A stretch of DNA of 64,000 nucleotides, taken from positions 10,896 through 74,895 of the forward strand of contig CAYFWF010000059.1 in NCBI GenBank assembly GCA_964346815.1, written 5' to 3'. The number at the start of each line of letters is the position of its first letter. Within the stretch, counting starts at the first letter, position 1. The stretch comes from an uncultured Eubacteriales bacterium (GTDB taxonomy: Bacteria; Acidobacteriota; Aminicenantia; Aminicenantales; Aminicenantaceae). Below, in pieces: positions 17,281-25,786 of the stretch. Below the pieces are notes generated by a model. The model did not search any database and was not told the DNA's origin. It worked only from the letters and a program-made list of their open reading frames with translations. A program made the position numbers and the translations under genes.

Positions 17281-20200
17281 ATGAAATGCCCAAAATGTCA
17301 GCATGAAAATCCCTCCAGCACCCGGTTCTGCGGCAATTGTGGAATGCCGCTCTATTATTCTGCCGGAGAAATCGAATCGGCCAAAACATTGACTCTCGAA
17401 ACTCCCATCAAAGAGTTGGAGAGAGGCGCGATTTTTGCCGGCCGGTACGAGATCATAGAAAAGCTGGGAAAAGGAGGAATGGGGAATGTCTACAGAGTCC
17501 TTGACAAGAAAATAAACGAGGAGCTGGCTTTAAAGCTGATAAAGCCTGAAATCGCTGACAGCAAAACGATCGAGCGCTTTGGCAACGAAATGAAAACAGC
17601 TCGGAAGATATCCCACAAAAATGTTTGCCGCATGTATCATCTCAGCGAAGATTCCGGCACCCATTACATCACTATGGAGTACGTCCCTGGTGAAAGCTTG
17701 AAAAATGTGATCAGAATGACAAGGCAGCTCACGCCAGGAACAGCCGTAAACATCACAAAGCAAATCAGTGAAGGACTGATCGAAGCCCACAGGTTGGGAG
17801 TCATACATCGCGACCTCAAGCCTCAGAACATCATGATCGACAGAGAAGGCACCGCCCGAATTATGGATTTTGGCATCGCTCGCTCACTCGAAACGGAAGG
17901 AACCACTGCTGGGGAGGCTATGATTGGCACACCAGAGTACATGTCTCCAGAACAGACCGAATCAAAATATGTCGATCAACGATCGGATATCTATTCACTG
18001 GGGATCATCCTCTTCGAAATGCTCACAGGAAGAGTGCCCTTTGAGGGGGAAACCCCCATAAGCATAGCCATGAAACACAAGAGCGAGAATCCCCCGTATC
18101 CCACGAAGTATAACAGCCAGATTCCCGAAGACCTCAGCAGAATAATCCTGAGATGCCTCAAAAAAGAGAAAGAAAAAAGATACCAAAATGCAGAGGAATT
18201 TTTTACAGTCCTGAAACGATATGAGGAGACTCTGCCAACAACAGAGAGGATCATTCCCAAAAGGAAAGGAGCCACTGGAAAAAAAATCGCAGGAAGCTTC
18301 GGAGTAAAAAGATTTCTCCTCCCAGTTTTGACTTCAATAGCTATCGTCATCGCTGGATTCGTCATTTGGCGGCTTTTGCCACAAAGACAGGCTATCCTTC
18401 CCCCTTCCGACAAGCCATCTCTCGCGGTCATGTACTTCAAGAACAACACCGGAGATGAGGGCTTGGATCATTGGAGGACTGCCTTGGCCGACCTTTTGAT
18501 TACAGATCTTTCCCAATCGAAGCTCATAAGGATTATGAGTGCCGAAGTTCTTTACAACATTCTCGATAATCTGGGACAACTCAATGCCGAGTCTTATTCT
18601 TCAGAAATCCTGAAGGAAGTCGCTTCCCGGGGGAGAACAGATAAAATCCTGGTGGGTAACTTTACAAGGGCCGAAAATGCGTTCCGTATCAACACAACTC
18701 TCCAGGATGGACAAACAGGAGAGCTCATCGCTTCGGAAAGCGTGGAAGGAATAGGGGAAAGAAGTTTCTATGCCATGGTGGATGAGCTGACCAGACGAAT
18801 CAAGGTCCATTTTGCACTCTCTGAGGAACAAATCACTGCAGATATCGACAGCAGGATAGAAACCATAACCACCAGCTCACCAGAAGCTTACAAACTTTAC
18901 AGTGAGGGAAGAACCCACCATCTCCAGGCTGATTATTGGAAAAGCCTTTCTGTCATGCAGAAAGCTCTGGAAATCGATCCTGAATTCGCTATGGCCTGGA
19001 GATCGGTTGCCATGTCCTACAGCAATCTCGGTGTGAATCCGGCAAAGATCAATGCGATTCAGAAAGCTTTTGATTTAAGGGGCCGGGTCTCGGAAAGAGA
19101 AAGGTATGTTATCGAAGCGGATTACTACAGATCATGGGAAAAAAGCTATGACAAAGCGATGGAGGCCTACCAAAGCCTCCTGGAGCTCTATCCGGATGAC
19201 CGAATCGGCAACACCAATCTAGGGATATTGTATTTTGAACTGGAAGAATGGGATAAGGCCATTGAGCATTATGAGAGAAATATCCGGAACAATCCTGATG
19301 ACGTGCTCGCGACCTCGAACCTTGCAGAAACTTATGAGGCTATGGGGTTGTACGACTCAGCCTTCGAAACGCTGGAAAGCTTCCTCCAAAGGAATCCTGA
19401 CCGAATGGGTTTCTATCTCATGCAGGCCCGAAGCTGCCTCTATCAAGGGAAATACGATCTCGCCATCGTCAAACTGAATGAAGCGCTTTCTCTAAACCCT
19501 GAGATTCAGCCTACCTACGACGGACATATGGGTATCATTTCGTTGTTGAAAGGCGATATGAGATCTGCTGAAATACAATTCCAAAAATTGCCTGAAGGAA
19601 GCCCGGACAGAAGATTCCATACGGCGAACCTCTTACTCCATCAGGGCAAATTTGAACAGATGAGAGATGAGCTTTCCACGACTCCGGTTCTCCACGAATC
19701 CCTGGGCTATTTCCTCCTCAGGACTGGCCAGCCTGAGGAGGCACTTCGGCAGTTCGATACTGCCATGGAGAGCGCTGTGAAGACGGAAAGCTTGTCGAAT
19801 AAAACGCGGCTTCTGCACGCAAAAGGGGTAGCTTATGCTTATATGAAATCTTTTGACGAAGCTTCGAGAATAGCGAATGAACTGAAAGCAGGGCTGCCGC
19901 CCTGGATGCAGAAAAAGCTCTCAAGGTATTACGATCATCTCATGGGCACGATAAAATTGGAAAGAGGAGAGACGGCCGAGGCGATCAGCTTCCTGAAAAA
20001 AGCTGAGCTGTCCTTATATGCTCCCGAGGGCAATTTCCCTCCAATTCAGGCATGGTTTATCAGCACCTTAGCAGAGGCATACTTCGAGGCAGGAGATCTG
20101 GGGCTGGCGCAGCAAAAATACGAAAACGTGCTCACCCTTCATCTGGGCCGGCTCAGCCAGGGGGATTTTTACGTTCGATGCTTTTACATGCTGGGTAAGA

Positions 20201-20337
20201 TTCATGAAAAAAAAGACCAGAGGAAACGTGCTGTCGAACATTATGAAAGGTTTCTTGAACTCTGGAAGGATGCTGATCCCGGAATAGAGGAGGTCAAAGA
20301 CGCACGGAGGCGTGTTATCGCCCTCAAGAGCTCATAG
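17281..20337 (+). CDS. membrane Ser/Thr protein kinase: zinc ribbon - Hanks kinase - TM - TolB-N-like module - TPR repeats (paralog 1)
   Basis: The zinc ribbon is CPKCQHENPSSTRFCGNCG. The kinase motifs are GKGGMGNVY, ALK, HRDLKPQN, DFG and TPEYMSPE. One TM segment lies near residue 350. The motif SLAVMYFKNNTGD follows, then about 500 aa of TPR-like repeats, ending in LWKDADPGIEEVKDARRR. Confidence 0.9.
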   Translation: MKCPKCQHENPSSTRFCGNCGMPLYYSAGEIESAKTLTLETPIKELERGAIFAGRYEIIEKLGKGGMGNVYRVLDKKINEELALKLIKPEIADSKTIERFGNEMKTARKISHKNVCRMYHLSEDSGTHYITMEYVPGESLKNVIRMTRQLTPGTAVNITKQISEGLIEAHRLGVIHRDLKPQNIMIDREGTARIMDFGIARSLETEGTTAGEAMIGTPEYMSPEQTESKYVDQRSDIYSLGIILFEMLTGRVPFEGETPISIAMKHKSENPPYPTKYNSQIPEDLSRIILRCLKKEKEKRYQNAEEFFTVLKRYEETLPTTERIIPKRKGATGKKIAGSFGVKRFLLPVLTSIAIVIAGFVIWRLLPQRQAILPPSDKPSLAVMYFKNNTGDEGLDHWRTALADLLITDLSQSKLIRIMSAEVLYNILDNLGQLNAESYSSEILKEVASRGRTDKILVGNFTRAENAFRINTTLQDGQTGELIASESVEGIGERSFYAMVDELTRRIKVHFALSEEQITADIDSRIETITTSSPEAYKLYSEGRTHHLQADYWKSLSVMQKALEIDPEFAMAWRSVAMSYSNLGVNPAKINAIQKAFDLRGRVSERERYVIEADYYRSWEKSYDKAMEAYQSLLELYPDDRIGNTNLGILYFELEEWDKAIEHYERNIRNNPDDVLATSNLAETYEAMGLYDSAFETLESFLQRNPDRMGFYLMQARSCLYQGKYDLAIVKLNEALSLNPEIQPTYDGHMGIISLLKGDMRSAEIQFQKLPEGSPDRRFHTANLLLHQGKFEQMRDELSTTPVLHESLGYFLLRTGQPEEALRQFDTAMESAVKTESLSNKTRLLHAKGVAYAYMKSFDEASRIANELKAGLPPWMQKKLSRYYDHLMGTIKLERGETAEAISFLKKAELSLYAPEGNFPPIQAWFISTLAEAYFEAGDLGLAQQKYENVLTLHLGRLSQGDFYVRCFYMLGKIHEKKDQRKRAVEHYERFLELWKDADPGIEEVKDARRRVIALKSS

Positions 20338-20372
20338 CTGCAGGAAACTCTGGATTCAAATAAAAATTCGCA

Positions 20373-20401
20373 TCGAGCGTATCCCTGCGGCATACGCTCG
20401 A
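20373..20401 (+). terminator. 10-bp perfect hairpin downstream of the kinase gene (no U-tract)
   Basis: TCGAGCGTAT-CCCTGCGGC-ATACGCTCGA begins 36 nt after the stop codon. Confidence 0.35.
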
Positions 20402-20448
20402 GAAAACAGCTTGTCAGGGGTTACATACCTCTGAAGGAGGGCTTCGAA

Positions 20449-21255
20449 ATGGATTTTACATCCCCAACCTTGAAGAAATGCTTTTCGGGACTCATGGTAT
20501 GTCTAGTGGCTGCGGTCTTTCTCCTCTCCCAGCAACCTCAGCCCAAACTGCTGGATATGACTTATCCTTATGACGAGGATACTATCTATTGGCCCACTGC
20601 CAAGTCCTTCCATTTAAAAAAAGTGTCCTGGGGAATCTCGGAAGGTGGATGGTGGTATGCTTCGAATGAATTCAGCGCCTCCGAGCATGGAGGAACCCAT
20701 GCCGACGCGCCGATCCATTTTGCCCAGAACGGTCGGACTATCGATCAGATCCCTCTGGAGGAATGGATCGGCCCTGCTGTCAAGATAGATGTGACAGACA
20801 AATGCGAAAAAAACCGCGATTACCTTCTGACCGAGGAAGACATCAAAGGCTGGGAACTGGAGTATGGAAAAATGCCTGAAGGTGCCTGGATCATTATGTA
20901 CACAGGCATTGATGCCAAATATTATCCGGATAAGAAAAAAGTCCTGGGCACTGAAAAAACAGGCGAAGCCGCCATCCCAGAGCTGAGCTTTCCGGGATTC
21001 TCTGTAAAAGCAGTGGAGTTTCTTTTGAAAAACAGGAATATAACTGGGATTGCCATCGATACACCCAGCATCGATTACGGCAAATCCAAGGACTTCAGAG
21101 TACATCGAGCTCTGTTTGCAGCGAATAAACTCGCCCTTGAGAATATTGCCAAATTGGATAAGCTGCCATCTTCGGGGGCCACACTTTATGTTATTCCAAT
21201 GCTGATCAAGGAAGGAACGGGTGCCCCAGCCCGAGTCTTTGCTATTCTTCCTTGA
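20449..21255 (+). CDS. putative cyclase / kynurenine formamidase family protein, membrane-anchored or secreted
   Basis: The family signature HxGTHxDxPxH is present as EHGGTHADAPIHF. The N-terminus is hydrophobic. Confidence 0.75.
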   Translation: MDFTSPTLKKCFSGLMVCLVAAVFLLSQQPQPKLLDMTYPYDEDTIYWPTAKSFHLKKVSWGISEGGWWYASNEFSASEHGGTHADAPIHFAQNGRTIDQIPLEEWIGPAVKIDVTDKCEKNRDYLLTEEDIKGWELEYGKMPEGAWIIMYTGIDAKYYPDKKKVLGTEKTGEAAIPELSFPGFSVKAVEFLLKNRNITGIAIDTPSIDYGKSKDFRVHRALFAANKLALENIAKLDKLPSSGATLYVIPMLIKEGTGAPARVFAILP

Positions 21256-21286
21256 ATTTGGTGACAGGATACTCAATCACCAAATT
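21255..21286 (+). terminator. 10-bp hairpin overlapping the stop codon of the cyclase gene
   Basis: The hairpin is AATTTGGTGA-N12-TCACCAAATT. It has no clear U-tract. Confidence 0.3.
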
Positions 21287-21534
21287 TGCAGAATATCTTA
21301 CAAAGTATCTGCCAAAACAATTTGGTAATCGCGTATTCTGTCCCCAAACTAAATGCATTCTTTCTTTTTTGAATCCTACCGCTTAACACAGTTCCTGCGG
21401 TTATTCAAGTCAGCCCAAAGAAGCCAGCCCTAGAAGTTCAAGGTGAGAAAATATCACCCCTGTTTTCACCCTGATGGGCGATTGACCCTTATGGGTAAGA
21501 ATAATAAATCATGAGAGAGATAGGGAGAAATAAC

Positions 21535-23121
21535 ATGAAAAAAATAGGCTTTCTTTATGTCCTGATTTTACTGCTGACGCCTCTTCTCATATCAGCTCAA
21601 GATCAAACGGAAACCCCGCAGACGCAAAAAGCTCGAGTCATTGTGGATAACGCACCCATCTACCTGGAGTCCAACCCTTACAGCTTTGTGGTAGACACCG
21701 TCGGCAGAGGGACGATTGTGACCTTATTCCAGACAGGCAGAAAAAATGAGAAATGGCTCTACATTTCCTATTATTCAAACAAAAGACTGGCCCAGGTGAC
21801 AGGATTCATTGACATCAATCTGGTTGAAATGGTAAGCGAAAAGCCAGACGTTGAACCATCAGAGGAAATTGAAGAAAAGCCGGTCACAAAAAGGCAGGAT
21901 GACCTAACCTCCCACTCTGAGGCGCGAAGCACTGACCAAGAAAAAGAAGAGGCCCGAAAGGCGCAATTACAAGCCAGGCTGGAGGAAGAAAAGTCAACCG
22001 AAGCCGAAAAAGAGCTCTCGGATATTCAAAAAATAATACGCGAAAAGGGGGAAAAGCCCAGAGAGATCGAGAAGGAATCTGGAAAAGAAGCTGAGGAAGA
22101 GGACCCAAGAGCTGAAGAAGAGGCAGAAATCAAGGAAGAACAGGAAGAAAAAGAATTGGCTGAAGAGGAACAAAAAGCACATCCGGCAGAAGATAAATTC
22201 GAAGAAGTACTGACCAAAATAACCATCAAAGTGAGAAAAGCGAACATTCGACTGATGCCGAGCTTAAAAAGCGACGTCATCCATCAATTGCCTTTTGGAA
22301 TCGAACTCAAACCATTGGCCAAATCGGACAACTGGTATCGGGTGAACCTCCCTCCCGATAAAGACGGATTCGTACTTTCTGGATATATCCATGACAGCAT
22401 AGTGAACGAGACCTTCGAAAAACGAGCCATAGCTCTGCCAGAACCCGAAGAACCTTCAGAGAGCGAGCCGGAAATCCCTGAGGAGGAACCTGAGCCGGCT
22501 CCCGAACCACCCCAAGAAATTCAACCTGCCAAAAGGATAGAGAAAACACTCCCTTCCTTCTGGGTGGGAGGAGGAGCTGGCTACACCATGCCTTCTGAGA
22601 ACAATTTTGAAAAAGGCTTGAACCTTAGTGGAACCCTGGGTTTCGGGATCACAAAATATCTGGCCGTTGAAGTGAGAGTGCCCTATTACCAGAGCAATGT
22701 TTCCGGGTCAATAGAAGGACTAAGCGCAGGCCAGTTCAAAGCTGTTTCGTGCACCTTGAGTGTCCAGGCCCGATATCCCCTAAAGAACCTGGCCATTCCC
22801 TACCTTGTCGGAGGAGGAGATTACCATTTGAATACGTTCACTCTAGATAACGAAATCGTGAATTCTTGGAATGTCCTGGGTTTTGATATCGAGGAGCATG
22901 TCGACCACACATTTGGATTTCACTTTGGCGGAGGAATAGACATGTTCATTTTGAGAAACCTCGCCCTCAATCTGGATGTCAGGTATTACACGGCTTCACT
23001 GAAAGGCAACTGGCGCCTAACCGATACCATAACTCAAGTAGAGACAACCGGACCCATCGGTAACATAGAACTCAATTCCATCCAAGCAGGGATAAGCATG
23101 AAGTTTTTTTTCAACAGGTAA
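21535..23121 (+). CDS. outer-membrane protein: SH3b - E/K-rich region - SH3b - P/E linker - C-terminal beta-barrel
   Basis: The ATG at 21535 follows AGGGAG, and a signal peptide is present (LLISAQD). There are two SH3b-like modules; the second contains WYRVNLPPDKDGFVLSGYIH. About 120 aa are E/K-rich. The linker reads PEPEEPSESEPEIPEEEPEPAPEPP. The last 180 aa or so show alternating beta-strands and end in KFFFNR. Confidence 0.65.
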   Translation: MKKIGFLYVLILLLTPLLISAQDQTETPQTQKARVIVDNAPIYLESNPYSFVVDTVGRGTIVTLFQTGRKNEKWLYISYYSNKRLAQVTGFIDINLVEMVSEKPDVEPSEEIEEKPVTKRQDDLTSHSEARSTDQEKEEARKAQLQARLEEEKSTEAEKELSDIQKIIREKGEKPREIEKESGKEAEEEDPRAEEEAEIKEEQEEKELAEEEQKAHPAEDKFEEVLTKITIKVRKANIRLMPSLKSDVIHQLPFGIELKPLAKSDNWYRVNLPPDKDGFVLSGYIHDSIVNETFEKRAIALPEPEEPSESEPEIPEEEPEPAPEPPQEIQPAKRIEKTLPSFWVGGGAGYTMPSENNFEKGLNLSGTLGFGITKYLAVEVRVPYYQSNVSGSIEGLSAGQFKAVSCTLSVQARYPLKNLAIPYLVGGGDYHLNTFTLDNEIVNSWNVLGFDIEEHVDHTFGFHFGGGIDMFILRNLALNLDVRYYTASLKGNWRLTDTITQVETTGPIGNIELNSIQAGISMKFFFNR

Positions 23122-23131
23122 GGAGTGAACG

Positions 23132-24814
23132 ATGAAGAATAAAAGAAAACATGATCGGTTCCTAAGCACATCAGTTCTCCTGTTTGTCCTATTGACGCTG
23201 CTTTTACCCAGCCTCAGCCAATGGGAATCAGAAGCCCCTGCCTTAACCGATCTTCCTCCTTTCACAGAACACGAGGAAGGGAGTTCGAAGATGGAATCGG
23301 TGCTCTATCGAATGTTACATATCTACATCAACCAAGGGATTGAAAAGGCAAAAGAATTCGCCAGCCTCCATGATATCGAAATGCAAGGCGACTGTCTTCG
23401 AGTGGTCGCCCAGGCGGGAGCTTCAAGTCTGTTTCTGGACATCAAAGCAATGGCTCGAATGGTAAGCTCTCAGATCGAAGCATTGGGCGGCAGAGTGGAA
23501 GCTTGTGCAAACGGCCATGTTCAGAGCATTCTTCCTCTCGGGGCTCTGGAAAACCTTTTGTTAGCTCCAACTGTGGAATACATAAGACTTCCTTTGAAGC
23601 CTTTTCCCATGGTGACCAGTGAAGGCGTAGCTCGAACAGGAGCCAATCAATGGCAAGCTCTGCCCTCATACAGAAAGGAAGAAAAACCCAAGGTTTGCGT
23701 GCTCGATGTCGGATTCTCCGGATACAAAGCCCTTCTTGGCGAGGAGCTTCCCCCATCGGTAGAAATCAGATCGTTCAGGGGAGACGGAAATTTCAATCCC
23801 GACAAACACGGCACAGCCTGTGCAGAAATCGTCCACGATATGGCACCAGAAGCCAGGCTTTGGCTGGTGAATTTCGATACCGATGTGGAACATCATAATG
23901 CAGTGAACTGGATCATCAACCAGGGTGTGGATATCGTTTCTTACTCCATCGGATGGTTCAACATTGGCGCCGGCGATGGGACTGGGCCCATCTGCGAGGA
24001 CGTCAAAAGGGCTTCAGACAACGGAATCATCTGGGTTTCAGCAGCAGGAAATCAGGCTCAAGATCACTGGGGAGATGTCTATAAAGACTCTGACGGCGAC
24101 CTATGGCACAACTTCCTCTCCAATGACGAGATTTTGAGCTTTCCTGTCAGCGCCAATCGATCCATAAGAATATTCTTGAGCTGGAACGACTGGGGAACCT
24201 GGAACGGCTCAGCCTACAGCGGTTCGGACCAAGACTTCGACCTGTATCTCTACCGCTGGAGTGGCTCATCCTGGATCCTAGCAGCTAAATCCATCAACCG
24301 GCAAACAGGAACCCAGTGGCCTACAGAATCTATCGCAATGAAATCCCCGAACCAGGCATCCACATGGGGAATCGCCATCAGAAGGTACAAAGCCAATAAA
24401 AACATTAAGTTTAATGCCCATGTCATCAACAGCTCAGCTCCCATTGAATATCATAAACTCCACGGAAGCCTCGTCATCCCAGCAGAATCTTCGCATGTTC
24501 TTGCAGTAGGCGCCACCTCATGGCAGGATGATTCTTATCATATGTACAGCTCTAGAGGTCCGACAGCAGATGAAAGGATAAAACCTGACCTGGTCGCACC
24601 CTCTGGCGTCTCTGGAATCACATATGGAACATCGGGATTCTTCGGGACATCCGCTGCCACCCCTCATGTTGCAGGAGCTTTCGCCCTTCTCTTGACCAAA
24701 GCACCTTTTCCGCCGCCGCAGATCGAAAGCATCCTCCTCGAGAGAGCACTGGACCTTGGTTCCAGCGGAAAAGATAACATGTATGGGATGGGAAGACTGC
24801 GTCTCACAAAATAA
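23132..24814 (+). CDS. subtilisin-like serine protease (peptidase S8), secreted
   Basis: The catalytic residues are Asp in VCVLDVGFSG, His in HGTACAEIV, Asn in SAAGNQ and Ser in GTSAATPHVAGAF. A beta-rich insert lies between Asn and Ser. The start is 10 nt after the upstream gene. Confidence 0.85.
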   Translation: MKNKRKHDRFLSTSVLLFVLLTLLLPSLSQWESEAPALTDLPPFTEHEEGSSKMESVLYRMLHIYINQGIEKAKEFASLHDIEMQGDCLRVVAQAGASSLFLDIKAMARMVSSQIEALGGRVEACANGHVQSILPLGALENLLLAPTVEYIRLPLKPFPMVTSEGVARTGANQWQALPSYRKEEKPKVCVLDVGFSGYKALLGEELPPSVEIRSFRGDGNFNPDKHGTACAEIVHDMAPEARLWLVNFDTDVEHHNAVNWIINQGVDIVSYSIGWFNIGAGDGTGPICEDVKRASDNGIIWVSAAGNQAQDHWGDVYKDSDGDLWHNFLSNDEILSFPVSANRSIRIFLSWNDWGTWNGSAYSGSDQDFDLYLYRWSGSSWILAAKSINRQTGTQWPTESIAMKSPNQASTWGIAIRRYKANKNIKFNAHVINSSAPIEYHKLHGSLVIPAESSHVLAVGATSWQDDSYHMYSSRGPTADERIKPDLVAPSGVSGITYGTSGFFGTSAATPHVAGAFALLLTKAPFPPPQIESILLERALDLGSSGKDNMYGMGRLRLTK

Positions 24815-24845
24815 GCATGAATGCCCGAGATAAAAGGAGGCTAAA

Positions 24846-25559
24846 ATGCCAAAATATCATATAAGGATAGCGATCGCTCTGTTTCTCTCACTTCTCATTG
24901 GGTATGGAACAACTCCTGCTCACCTGACCTCCTATCCTGGAAGCCTCGATTACGATCAGGAATTCGAAAAGGCGAGAAAACTCTACCTGAAAGGGGACCA
25001 TCTGGATTCTCTTTTAATTCTTGCCGCATTGGAAAAGCAGATCCAAGCAGACGAAGCCGTCGACACAAAAGGAGAGATCCTTTCAGAAATACATTTTTTA
25101 TCCGGGTTGTGTTTTCTAGAGGGCTGGAATCGAACGGACCGAGGAAAGGATTCCTTCCATAAGGCTCTGAAATACAATCCTTCCTTCCAGGTCAAAGAGG
25201 AGTTATACGGTCAAAGGGCCGTAAAGTTATTCGGAGAATTGATGAAAGCTGAGTTGGAGCAGCCCTCGGAAGAAAATCCTGTAATGGAGAATTCTGAGGA
25301 AAAGGAACCAGATCAACTGACTCCAGAACCCGTTCAAAGAGATAAATCTGTAAGGGTTATCCAAAAGAATGCTGTCCTCAGGGTAAAGCCAAGCAGCGAG
25401 GGCACCGTCATAAAAGAGCTGCCTCTGGGCGCCCTGTTAGAAGTGGAAGAAGAGCTGGAGGAATGGCTGAAGATCAAGCTTCCTCCAGATAAAGCCGGGT
25501 TCATCGTGATGGGTTACATCCACAAATCCTCCACCGAATCTTCTTCAGTCATCCATTAA
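24846..25559 (+). CDS. secreted TPR-like + SH3b protein
   Basis: A signal peptide is followed by helical TPR-like repeats, an acidic linker and a C-terminal SH3b module. That module (WLKIKLPPDKAGFIVMGYIH) is homologous to the one in the 21535 gene. An AAAGGAGG RBS precedes the start. Confidence 0.65.
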   Translation: MPKYHIRIAIALFLSLLIGYGTTPAHLTSYPGSLDYDQEFEKARKLYLKGDHLDSLLILAALEKQIQADEAVDTKGEILSEIHFLSGLCFLEGWNRTDRGKDSFHKALKYNPSFQVKEELYGQRAVKLFGELMKAELEQPSEENPVMENSEEKEPDQLTPEPVQRDKSVRVIQKNAVLRVKPSSEGTVIKELPLGALLEVEEELEEWLKIKLPPDKAGFIVMGYIHKSSTESSSVIH

Positions 25560-25638
25560 TAAACACTGCGCGCGGTCTTCTTCCACTCAACCAAGGCCAC
25601 GAAAAAGCCTCTCACAATCAAATCCTAGAAACCAACAA

Positions 25639-25667
25639 TTGACAAACGCTCTTCAAATGCTTATATT
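25639..25667 (+). promoter_or_regulatory. sigma-70-type promoter candidate TTGACA-N17-TATATT
   Basis: The -35 hexamer is consensus and the spacing is 17 nt, read directly. It lies about 120 nt upstream of the TTG start at 25787. Confidence 0.5.
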
Positions 25668-25786
25668 TTGACCGCAAAGGGAAGAGGAAAGCCGTTCTTC
25701 ATGCTCATTTTGTAAAAAATGCCTGAATAAGAGAAAAAAATCACTTTCTCGAAAAAACCTGAAGCCTCTTAACCAAGGAGCTGCGG

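Noticed and set aside
21880-22200. An apparent nucleotide repeat array (GAAGAA/GAGGAA-rich) that might be mistaken for a tandem repeat or CRISPR-like feature.
   Set aside because: It is in frame within the SH3b-OMP gene and encodes an E/K-rich low-complexity region. It has no constant repeat unit and no spacer architecture.
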